Source of the DNA: Candidatus Dojkabacteria bacterium UBA2177
GTDB lineage: Bacteria; Patescibacteriota; Dojkabacteria; SC72
Reading direction: 5' to 3'
Length of the DNA stretch: 38,451 nucleotides
Assembly (NCBI GenBank): GCA_002328805.1
Contig: DCVX01000014.1
Span: 1 to 38,451, forward strand
The notes beneath the pieces are model-generated. The model was not told where the DNA came from and did not search any database. It worked only from the letters and a program-made list of their open reading frames with translations. The position numbers were made by a program, and so were the translations under genes. Of the stretch, positions 1 through 6,983 are shown piece by piece (positions within the stretch are counted from its first letter, which is position 1; each line of letters begins with the position of its first letter).

Positions 1-767
1 TCATCTATTATTAGTAAATCTACTGCTCTATATTTATTTCTAAAGTCCTCATTCCTCTTTGTTCTGATAGCTTCAACCATTTCATTAAGGAATTGTTCTA
101 TGGATATGTATATTACTTTTTTATTTGGATCTCTTTTTAGTATTTCGTTTCCGATCGCTTGCATAAGGTGAGTCTTCCCTACTCCTGTTTCTCCGTAATA
201 GAAAACAGGGTTGTAGGCTTTTCCTAAGTCTTCTAAAACAGCTTGTGCTACAGCCTCTGCTAGTCTGTTATTTGAACCCACAACGAAATTACTGAAAAGA
301 TATTTAGGATTAAGGTGAGATTCCTCTAATGCCATCTTGTAAGCAGCTTCTTCTTTTTCTCTTGCTGAGAAGAGATCTAGAACCTCTTCATTTTCTTCTC
401 CCAAGGGATTATGGTATTCATACTTTGGCTTACTTGAAGAGCGGGTACTCTCTCTTAGATTTACTTCGATTTCAAAATTTCTTTGACAAGTTTTAAGGAA
501 TGCTTTTTGTAGAGCGTATTTATAATCTTTAAGGATCTTTTCTCTTTTATATGCCGCATCACAAGATATTTGCACTACACCATTATTAATATCCTCAATA
601 TAGGCATTACCAAAAAGACCTCCAAACTCTCTCTGTCCAATTGCTTGCTTTAAGTGTTCTCTCGCTTCTCTCCAAACTTCTTCTGGGTCAAAGTGATCAT
701 CTCCATTGATTGTATTCGAAGTAGTCTCTATTTGCTGTAGGTGATTTTCAAAATCTGCTTTTTTCAT
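1..767 (-). CDS. dnaA: Chromosomal replication initiator DnaA, N-terminal ~255 codons; the 3-prime part of the gene lies beyond the left window edge
   Basis: Minus-strand frame is open from ATG 767..765 to position 1, and is absent from the ORF track because it has no in-window stop. My translation starts MKKADFENHLQQIE. It contains the AAA+ Walker A stretch NPVFYYGETGVGKTHLMQAIGN and ends ...YRAVDLLIIDD, both typical of DnaA domain III. The gene is divergent from rpmH. Confidence 0.9.
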   Translation of the reverse strand, partial: MKKADFENHLQQIETTSNTINGDDHFDPEEVWREAREHLKQAIGQREFGGLFGNAYIEDINNGVVQISCDAAYKREKILKDYKYALQKAFLKTCQRNFEIEVNLRESTRSSSKPKYEYHNPLGEENEEVLDLFSAREKEEAAYKMALEESHLNPKYLFSNFVVGSNNRLAEAVAQAVLEDLGKAYNPVFYYGETGVGKTHLMQAIGNEILKRDPNKKVIYISIEQFLNEMVEAIRTKRNEDFRNKYRAVDLLIID

Positions 768-865
768 ATAGTTAACGATAACTAAATAGGCAACTTAAAT
801 AATTCAAATGGGGGCAGTCAATGGCCGATTGGGACTTTTATTCATTATAATGATTTGTAAGGAAA

Positions 866-884
866 TGTGGATATGTTTTCCACA
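866..884. promoter_or_regulatory. Two abutting, inverted DnaA-box-like 9-mers; candidate oriC or dnaA autoregulation site
   Basis: 866-874 TGTGGATAT (ATATCCACA on the other strand) and 876-884 TTTTCCACA each match the TTATCCACA consensus at 8 of 9 positions. They lie in the dnaA-rpmH spacer. Confidence 0.35.
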
Positions 885-976
885 GTGTCAAATTAACCCT
901 TACAAAGATTGCGTTTTTAATATATGAAAAACACTCCAATAATTTTGGATATAAAATTTTCTATAAGGGAAAACAC

Positions 977-1005
977 TTGGCAAGAAGGGATTCCATCTGT
1001 ATAAT
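977..1005 (+). promoter_or_regulatory. Sigma-70-type promoter of the rpmH operon (TTGGCA, 17 nt, TATAAT)
   Basis: TTGGCA at 977-982, an exact 17-nt spacer, and TATAAT at 1000-1005. The rpmH ATG lies 8 nt after the -10 and has no Shine-Dalgarno, implying a leaderless or near-leaderless mRNA. Confidence 0.5.
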
Positions 1006-1013
1006 ACCCCTGT

Positions 1014-1196
1014 ATGAAGAGAACATATCAACCAAAAAATAAAAAGAGACTTAAGAAATTTGGATTCAGAGCAAGATCTAAGACTCCTGGAGGAAGAAGA
1101 GTTCTAAAGAGAAGGAAAGCAAAGGGACGAAAAAATCTTTCTGTAAGTGAGGAGTACAAGTTATTGAGAAAAAAGCAGGGAAAGGGTATAAGATAG
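1014..1196 (+). CDS. rpmH: 50S ribosomal protein L34, with a 15-aa C-terminal extension
   Basis: [45 protein letters not shown] is the canonical L34 sequence pattern. The gene sits first in the rpmH-rnpA-yidD-yidC-jag order. Confidence 0.9.
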   Translation: MKRTYQPKNKKRLKKFGFRARSKTPGGRRVLKRRKAKGRKNLSVSEEYKLLRKKQGKGIR

Positions 1197-1205
1197 TATA
1201 TTATT

Positions 1206-1541
1206 ATGCTTCCTAAAAAATTTCGTTTACCACCAGAAAATTTCGAAAAAGTTTACCGTCAAGGCAAGAAAGCTAGAGGAAGGTATGGAATGTTTGTTTT
1301 TGTTAAAACAGATGTGGGGAACCCTAGATTTGGATTTGTTCTAAGTAAGAAGATAGGTGGAGCGGTTGCTAGGAATAGGATGACAAGATTGTTGAGGGTT
1401 GTAGTTATGGAGATTGTTAATGAAAAGAATCTTAGTGAATTAAGTATGGATTTTCAGTATATAGCTTTTAGCTATTGTGATAAAAAGAATCTACTTAAGA
1501 GAGAGGTGGAAGGACAGTTTGAAGAGATTCTTTCTAAATAA
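1206..1541 (+). CDS. rnpA: Ribonuclease P protein component
   Basis: 111 aa and basic, with an N-terminus LPKKFRL...F..VYRQGKK and an internal GGAVARNRMTRLLR (RNR-type motif). It starts 9 nt after rpmH, the conserved synteny. Confidence 0.85.
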   Translation: MLPKKFRLPPENFEKVYRQGKKARGRYGMFVFVKTDVGNPRFGFVLSKKIGGAVARNRMTRLLRVVVMEIVNEKNLSELSMDFQYIAFSYCDKKNLLKREVEGQFEEILSK

Positions 1542-1570
1542 AAGATTTACTATTTATTATCGGTAATAAT

Positions 1571-1813
1571 ATGCTTAAGAAGTTAGTTCTTTTAATAATA
1601 AAGGGATATCAGAAGACTTTTTCTTTTGATCATGGTCTGATGGGAGAGCTTTTGCCTAATACTAGATTTTGTAAATTTACCCCTACTTGTTCAGAGTATG
1701 GATATGGTGCAATTGATAAGCATGGGGTTTTCAAAGGGGGTTGGCTTTTTCTTAAAAGGTTTGTTAGATGTAACCCTTGGACAGAGCCTGGAACCTATGA
1801 TCCTGTTCCTTAG
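1571..1813 (+). CDS. yidD: Membrane protein insertion efficiency factor YidD
   Basis: 80 aa with the hallmark CKFTPTCSEYGYGAIDKHGVFKGGWLFLKRFVRCNPW. Located between rnpA and yidC. Confidence 0.9.
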   Translation: MLKKLVLLIIKGYQKTFSFDHGLMGELLPNTRFCKFTPTCSEYGYGAIDKHGVFKGGWLFLKRFVRCNPWTEPGTYDPVP

Positions 1814-1854
1814 CTCGGATTTATGATATATTCGCTAGCATTAGTTTAAAATTA

Positions 1855-2724
1855 TTGAAAATGTTTTCAACAATCTGGAACAATATAATATACTACCCGA
1901 TACTTAATCTTCTAATTGTTTTCTACGATCTACTCTTTAACAATCTTGGTTTAGCAATTATAGCAATTGCTATTTTAATAAGGTTGGTTCTAATTCCTTT
2001 AATGAAGAAGCAGACAGAGATGACAAAGAAGATGTCCTCTTTGAAGCCTCAGATGGATGCGTTGCAGAAGAAATATAAGAATAATCCAGAGAAATTATCT
2101 CAAGAGCAGATAAAGCTTTATAAGAAGGTCGGATATAATCCTCTTGGTTGTCTTGTTACTTTTGTTCCCCAACTTATTATTCTTTCTGTCCTTATACAGG
2201 TTATTAGAAATGTTACGACTGGAGATTTAAATGGGATATATCCTTTTGTATCAAACTTACTAAATAACGGAGCTTCTTTAACTATAAATACGAACTTCAT
2301 TGTCTGGGATCTTACAAAGTCATTTAACGACCTTTCTTCAGAATTTGGGAATTTCTCTGTAGAAGCACTTCCCTATCTTGGGTTAAGTGTCCTAGTTGGG
2401 GTCTCTCAGTATTTTGCCTCTAAATTTACTCAGGTTATGCAGGAGGGGCTTTCTCAACCAGAGGAACCTAAGAAAGGGAAAGAGTTATCCCCAGAGGATA
2501 TGACTAAGAAGATGACAAAGTCTTTCTCCTTGATATTGCCGTTTACAACAATATTTATTGCGATTAGTGCTCCAGCAGCATTAAGTCTGTATTGGGCAGT
2601 TCAGTCATTTCTGCTTGTTATTCAGTATATGTCTTTGGACTGGGATAAGACCGAGAAGGGAATACAGAACTTGTTTACGAAGTTGAGAAAAAATAAGGAG
2701 AAGAGTAAGAAATCTCCAAAGTAA
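1855..2724 (+). CDS. yidC: YidC/Oxa1-family membrane protein insertase (short form)
   Basis: Multi-TM protein with RLVLIPLMKKQTEMTKKMSSLKPQMDALQKKYKNNPEKLSQEQIKLYKKVGYNPLGC, the typical YidC C1-loop region, and a basic C-tail. The track start 1855 is TTG; an ATG at 1861 is an equally plausible start. Confidence 0.85.
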   Translation: MKMFSTIWNNIIYYPILNLLIVFYDLLFNNLGLAIIAIAILIRLVLIPLMKKQTEMTKKMSSLKPQMDALQKKYKNNPEKLSQEQIKLYKKVGYNPLGCLVTFVPQLIILSVLIQVIRNVTTGDLNGIYPFVSNLLNNGASLTINTNFIVWDLTKSFNDLSSEFGNFSVEALPYLGLSVLVGVSQYFASKFTQVMQEGLSQPEEPKKGKELSPEDMTKKMTKSFSLILPFTTIFIAISAPAALSLYWAVQSFLLVIQYMSLDWDKTEKGIQNLFTKLRKNKEKSKKSPK

Positions 2725-2757
2725 TTCAAGAAGTAATTAAATTGTTAGATTTGTCAT

Positions 2758-3240
2758 ATGAAAGACAAAGAATTAATAAAGTTAGTAGAAAAAGAGGTAG
2801 AAACACTATGCTCTTTATTAGAGGTTGACTGTGAGAGAATCATAAGCCTTGAAGAAGGAGATGAAGATGTTAAGTATATAAAGATCTCTTTCGATGGAGA
2901 GGATTTGGGTTATATGATAGGTAACCGTGGCAGACATCTGGATTCTATACAATATATTCTCCAACTTATGGTAGGAAAAATAACAGAACAGGATCCTAAT
3001 TATAGAGTTCTAGTAGATGTGGGTGGCTATAGGCAGGAAAGAAACAGCCATTTGGAAGAGATGGCTTTGCAGAAGGCAGATGATGTCAGAATTCTTGGAG
3101 AGGCTATAGACCTTCCTCCAATGAAGCCTGCAGACAGGAGGGCAGTACATATCGCACTATCTGAATACGATGACATTGTTACAGAGAGTGAGGGTGAAGG
3201 AAGAGATAGGCATATCGTAATTAAGCCTGCAAATAAGTAA
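2758..3240 (+). CDS. jag: Jag/KhpB-like RNA-binding protein (KH + R3H domains; no Jag_N domain evident)
   Basis: KH-like GYMIGNRGRHLDSIQYIL and R3H-like PMKPADRRAVHIAL. Conserved position after yidC. Confidence 0.8.
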   Translation: MKDKELIKLVEKEVETLCSLLEVDCERIISLEEGDEDVKYIKISFDGEDLGYMIGNRGRHLDSIQYILQLMVGKITEQDPNYRVLVDVGGYRQERNSHLEEMALQKADDVRILGEAIDLPPMKPADRRAVHIALSEYDDIVTESEGEGRDRHIVIKPANK

Positions 3241-3250
3241 TTATTAGTGA

Positions 3251-3274
3251 TAGAATTGTTAAATGACAATTCTA
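3251..3274 (+). other. Perfect 9-bp inverted repeat (TAGAATTGT N6 ACAATTCTA) with the following gene's ATG in the 6-nt loop
   Basis: Positions 3251-3259 pair perfectly with 3266-3274. The loop TAAATG (3260-3265) contains ATG 3263-3265. There is no U-tract after the repeat. Confidence 0.4.
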
Positions 3275-4717
3275 CCTAAGAACAAGTTTAAAAAGGAATC
3301 CCTCTTTATTGCTTTTGTATTTCTTCTTTTTCTTGTGTTCTCCCCTATTCTATTGAATGAATCTCCTCTTAAGACTCTTGTAATTTTTTTAAGTTTGATC
3401 CTTTGGCTTGGTTTATTTATTTACACAAAAAACATATTATTTTCTTCCCTTCTGTATATATTCCTTGTTCTACCATTCAACATAACTTTACAGCTACCTA
3501 CTGCTGTAGAAATTTTTAATACAGAAATTTTACTTGCAAAGCCTTTTGTTGAAGGAGTATATGTCAATTACCTCGTACCGACATTATCTATATTGGATCT
3601 TGGTATAGTGCTTGTTTTAGGGAGTTTTCTTGTAACTAAGGGGTTTTCTTTCTATAAACGCCTCTTTAAAAACCTTAAAAATGGACTACTTTTTCTTCTT
3701 GTGTTTTTATTTGTTCAGAACATCATTCTTCTTGATGCCAATTCTTTATTGTTTTCTCTTAGATTGTTTTCTTTAATTCTGCTTTTCCTCTCTTTTTTAG
3801 AAATAAAGAAAATAGAAGTATTAGACAAAACCATAAAGAAGAAGATTCTAAATGTAGGAAGTGGAATCCTCCTAACCAATGTTTTAATACAAGGTATTTT
3901 GGGAGTAATTCAATTTAAAAGAGGTTCCAGTCTGGGTATCAATTTCTTGGGAGAATCTGAAATTGTTAGTGGGATGATGGGTTCTAGTTTTGTTGAACTC
4001 TCTGGTCAGGTTTTTTTAAGAGCTTATGGGACATTTCCACATCCTAATGTTTTAAGTGGGTTTTTGCTTCTAGCAATATTTGTGGGAATGTATCTTTATA
4101 ACAGGGAGAAAATAATGGGGAGCTTGTTAATCATGTTTTCGTCTTTGTTTATGGTGTTTACTTTCTCTAGGATTAGTCTTCTGCTGGCAATGGTTGTTAT
4201 CTTTGTTTTTATTACAAAAGAAGTTCTTTTTAAAAAAGGGTGGTCTTTATTAAGTGTTTCTTTCTCTCCCCTACTAATGGAGAGGTTTCAGAACTTGTTT
4301 AATCGTGGGGATAGGAGTTGGTCAGAAAGGGTGGATTTAATCAAGGCTAGTTTTAGGGTTATTAAAGAAAATTTGTTGTTAGGTGTAGGAGGAGGTAATT
4401 TTGTAAGAGGTATGGAAGGTTTTGTTCCTAGGACTTCTAGGGGGATACTTTTAACACAGCCGGTTCATAATATTTTTCTATTATATCTTTCCGAATTTGG
4501 GATTTTAGGGTTTGTTTTAATATTTTATGTTTTGTTTTATGGAGTTATTAAAGATATTAAGAGGATTACGTTGTATGGGATACTTATTCTTTTTGTGATT
4601 ATTGTAATAGGGGTTTTTGACCATTATCTTGTTTCTCTACCACAAGGGATGGTTATTTTTTTCTCTTTGCTTTTGCTTTTGAATAATTCTTTACAAGGGA
4701 AAGAATGGGTGGGGTAG
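3263..4717 (+). CDS. O-antigen ligase / Wzy_C-family polytopic membrane protein
   Basis: About 10-12 hydrophobic segments. Motifs RAYGTFPHPNVLSGFL and QPVHNIFLLYLSEFGILGF resemble the Wzy_C/O-antigen-ligase signature (H-N-x-y-L...E-x-G-i-x-G). Confidence 0.6.
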   Translation: MTILPKNKFKKESLFIAFVFLLFLVFSPILLNESPLKTLVIFLSLILWLGLFIYTKNILFSSLLYIFLVLPFNITLQLPTAVEIFNTEILLAKPFVEGVYVNYLVPTLSILDLGIVLVLGSFLVTKGFSFYKRLFKNLKNGLLFLLVFLFVQNIILLDANSLLFSLRLFSLILLFLSFLEIKKIEVLDKTIKKKILNVGSGILLTNVLIQGILGVIQFKRGSSLGINFLGESEIVSGMMGSSFVELSGQVFLRAYGTFPHPNVLSGFLLLAIFVGMYLYNREKIMGSLLIMFSSLFMVFTFSRISLLLAMVVIFVFITKEVLFKKGWSLLSVSFSPLLMERFQNLFNRGDRSWSERVDLIKASFRVIKENLLLGVGGGNFVRGMEGFVPRTSRGILLTQPVHNIFLLYLSEFGILGFVLIFYVLFYGVIKDIKRITLYGILILFVIIVIGVFDHYLVSLPQGMVIFFSLLLLLNNSLQGKEWVG

Positions 4718-4725
4718 CTCTAATA

Positions 4726-4815
4726 TGGCGGAGAGAGTGGGATTCGAACCCACGATATGATTTCTCATATGCACGCTCTCCAAGCGTGTCCTTTCGACCA
4801 CTCAGGCATCTCTCC
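4726..4815 (-). tRNA. tRNA-Ser (anticodon GGA), class II with long variable arm, CCA encoded
   Basis: The reverse complement folds by hand. Acceptor GGAGAGA/TCTCTCC; anticodon stem CACGC/GCGTG with loop TTGGAGA; variable arm CATATGAGAAATCATATC; T-arm GTGGG-TTCGAAT-CCCAC; discriminator G followed by CCA. Confidence 0.9.
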
Positions 4816-4971
4816 ACAAGGATTATTCTAACAAATAATGGCTTAATTAACTAGGGAGGTGATTGTATGGTCCGATAGTATATTAAATCTGATGTGGAAA
4901 AGGTATATAGTTGCTATCAACTTAGGAAAACTGAATAACCTCGACATATGATTGTTATAGGTTAGCGGGTA

Positions 4972-5045
4972 CGTACCTGGCCGGAATCGAACCGACAACC
5001 TACTGCTTAGAAGGCAGTTGCTCTATCCTATTGAGCTACAGGTAC
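4972..5045 (-). tRNA. tRNA-Arg (anticodon TCT), 74 nt, CCA not encoded
   Basis: The reverse complement folds by hand. Acceptor GTACCTG/CAGGTAC; D-arm GCTC/GAGC; anticodon stem ACTGC/GCAGT with loop CTTCTAA; T-arm GTCGG-TTCGATT-CCGGC; discriminator G. Confidence 0.9.
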
Positions 5046-5089
5046 TTAACAGCTGCAATTTTATCAGTAAATTGGTCTAAAATAAAGGA

Positions 5090-6976
5090 TTATTCTACCT
5101 CTCTAACCTCTATAATAATTCCTCCCTGTCTTTTGGGGAAAGACTTTAGCCACTCTGGGAACCACTCAGGTATAAAATCAACAAGGGCATCTTTATCAGA
5201 AAAAGATAATGATTGAATATATTCATTTCCTTCTTCCCAATTCTTCCCCTTTAGTTCTTCTATTATCCTCTCTTTATCCACCTTGGGTTTAACAGTACCC
5301 TTAGCAATTAATTTAATGGTTATTCCTTCTGCATTACTCTCTACAACGGATATCTCTTTCTCTATTTTTTCATCTAACTCTAAATCCCAATCTCCTTCTG
5401 TTTCAAAAAGATTCTCCTCTTTAGCCTTTTCTGTAAGAAGACCAGCTACCCCTTCGTCAAAACCATCATTTAAGAAATACGAAGCCTTACTCTCTGTTTT
5501 AATTGAAACATTAACAGTCTTTGCTTCTGCACCTATCGCAACTTCTGTATCTACACTGTCCGGGATAACTTTACTTGTTATAGAATCTTCAATAATTTTC
5601 CAATTACCAGTTAAATCTTTTAGCTCTTGCTCCCCCTCCTTTATCGCAAGCTTCTTCAGTTCTTCAACAGCTTTATCTACATCTGCCTTAGAAAGAACAG
5701 TATATTCTTCTTTTGAACCACCCGTGAGGGCAGAACTATTTAAACCAAAAACTTGGTTAGTTGAATATCCTTGGATAGCAAACATCTTCCCTGCAGCCAA
5801 GTTGTACTCCTCTCCCACTTCTATTGCTGTGATTGATTTCTCTACAGGTATATTACATTCAACAGAAGCAGCAGAGTCAATAGTATAGCTTAAACCTCCA
5901 GAAGTTAGAGAGGTTCCTGATGGAATTTCTAAACCTCCATCTTCTTCTCCAGGACATAGATATGTGATATTAACTACCCCAGTAGCCTTCTCTCCCTTAA
6001 ATGCTGTCCCCGTAGCTGTTACATTTGTAGATCTTGCCTTTTCTACAGTTTCTGTTTTAACAGGAATCTTAAATTCTTCAAAATCTATCTCTTTAATATT
6101 CTCATCTCCTTCAAAATTCTGCTCTATTTCAACCTCTTTTGCTTCCACATAGATTCTAACCTTTGCCACTACGCCTGTCCTGAAAAAGATAAAACCAACT
6201 AGGATTGCTAACGCAACTAAAGAGATAGCAATTATTGGGGCGAGTTTCTTTAATTTGTTAGGAATAGGGATTTTCTTAAAGAAAGCACCTATACTTGTAA
6301 AAATTGATTTTAAGGATTTAGAAAAATCCACATCCTTTTTAACCTCAGGTTTTTTCTCTCCCGTTATCGGATTTTTTGTTTTGTCTTCGAAATCTACTTT
6401 TGAGAGATCTACTTGTTCTTGAGCTACCGGATCTTCATCCAAACGAACAAATTTCATTTCCTCCTCTTGTCCTGCAGGGAGATCCTGATCTAAAGTAATG
6501 AGCAATTCATCTCCAGGCTTCTCTAGCATTCTGTTTTGTTTATTTTTCTCTATTGCATCATTAACCCTCTTTTGGAAATCTGTGGATTTGTCTTCTTTTG
6601 GAAGGTCTTCTGTCTTTGCTTCTTCTTTCTTTGCAACCTTCTTAGGTGGACTTAACCTCTTCATCCTGTTTTCCTCCTCTTTTTCCCATACCTCTTCGTC
6701 TGGGAATTGTGGAGTGTCTATTACAGACATATTTGCTAAGACTGCATTTCTCTGCCCTGTAGGGTTCTTAATAATCTGTGCAACGAGGAGTTTTTCATTT
6801 TCATCTGCTGTTTCGAGCAACACCCTCAGGTTTATTGGACTAATTAGGAGATCTGTTTCCTCTGCGAAAGTAAGAACGATTCTCTCATTTTGAGAATCTA
6901 AAATTGCACTTACAATATCTGTAAGTTCATCTTCTTTGGTAATTACGATTTTTGTTATTTTTTTGTCTTCATCCAT
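5090..6976 (-). CDS. Hypothetical bitopic membrane protein: about 90-aa cytoplasmic N-domain, K/E-rich linker, one TM, about 360-aa extracytoplasmic domain
   Basis: 628-aa ORF starting 8 nt downstream of the actin-like gene. Single hydrophobic span LAPIIAISLVALAILVGFIFF near aa 245-265. I recognise no catalytic motif. The stretch ATGVVNITYL...EIPSGTSLTSGGLSYTI loosely recalls baseplate-J-like annotations seen in CPR and Firmicutes; this is from memory and unverified. Confidence 0.7.
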   Translation of the reverse strand: MDEDKKITKIVITKEDELTDIVSAILDSQNERIVLTFAEETDLLISPINLRVLLETADENEKLLVAQIIKNPTGQRNAVLANMSVIDTPQFPDEEVWEKEEENRMKRLSPPKKVAKKEEAKTEDLPKEDKSTDFQKRVNDAIEKNKQNRMLEKPGDELLITLDQDLPAGQEEEMKFVRLDEDPVAQEQVDLSKVDFEDKTKNPITGEKKPEVKKDVDFSKSLKSIFTSIGAFFKKIPIPNKLKKLAPIIAISLVALAILVGFIFFRTGVVAKVRIYVEAKEVEIEQNFEGDENIKEIDFEEFKIPVKTETVEKARSTNVTATGTAFKGEKATGVVNITYLCPGEEDGGLEIPSGTSLTSGGLSYTIDSAASVECNIPVEKSITAIEVGEEYNLAAGKMFAIQGYSTNQVFGLNSSALTGGSKEEYTVLSKADVDKAVEELKKLAIKEGEQELKDLTGNWKIIEDSITSKVIPDSVDTEVAIGAEAKTVNVSIKTESKASYFLNDGFDEGVAGLLTEKAKEENLFETEGDWDLELDEKIEKEISVVESNAEGITIKLIAKGTVKPKVDKERIIEELKGKNWEEGNEYIQSLSFSDKDALVDFIPEWFPEWLKSFPKRQGGIIIEVREVE

Positions 6977-6983
6977 AAGGTTT

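Noticed and set aside
808-927. 39-codon ORF (MGAVNGRLGLLFIIMICKEMWICFPQCQINPYKDCVFNI) in the dnaA-rpmH spacer.
   Set aside because: It has no Shine-Dalgarno or promoter context and spans the DnaA-box-like pair. It would be the only ORF in the window ending in TGA. It is most likely a chance ORF in a regulatory or origin region.
5283-5888. Long antisense ORFs inside strongly supported genes. These are 5283-5888, 5964-6152 and 6498-6893 (opposite the 628-aa gene); 10786-11319 (opposite valS); 15648-16073 and 15724-16017 (opposite rpoD); 17477-17986 (opposite the 998-aa gene); 26279-26863 (opposite rodZ-like and ftsK); 28307-28681; and 36602-36973 (opposite rpsL).
   Set aside because: All lie wholly within genes that have unmistakable conserved motifs on the other strand. 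Their products are Ser/Phe/Leu/Ile-rich low-complexity strings, as expected from the complement of GAA/AAG/GAT-rich coding sequence. None has a plausible start context or recognisable motif.
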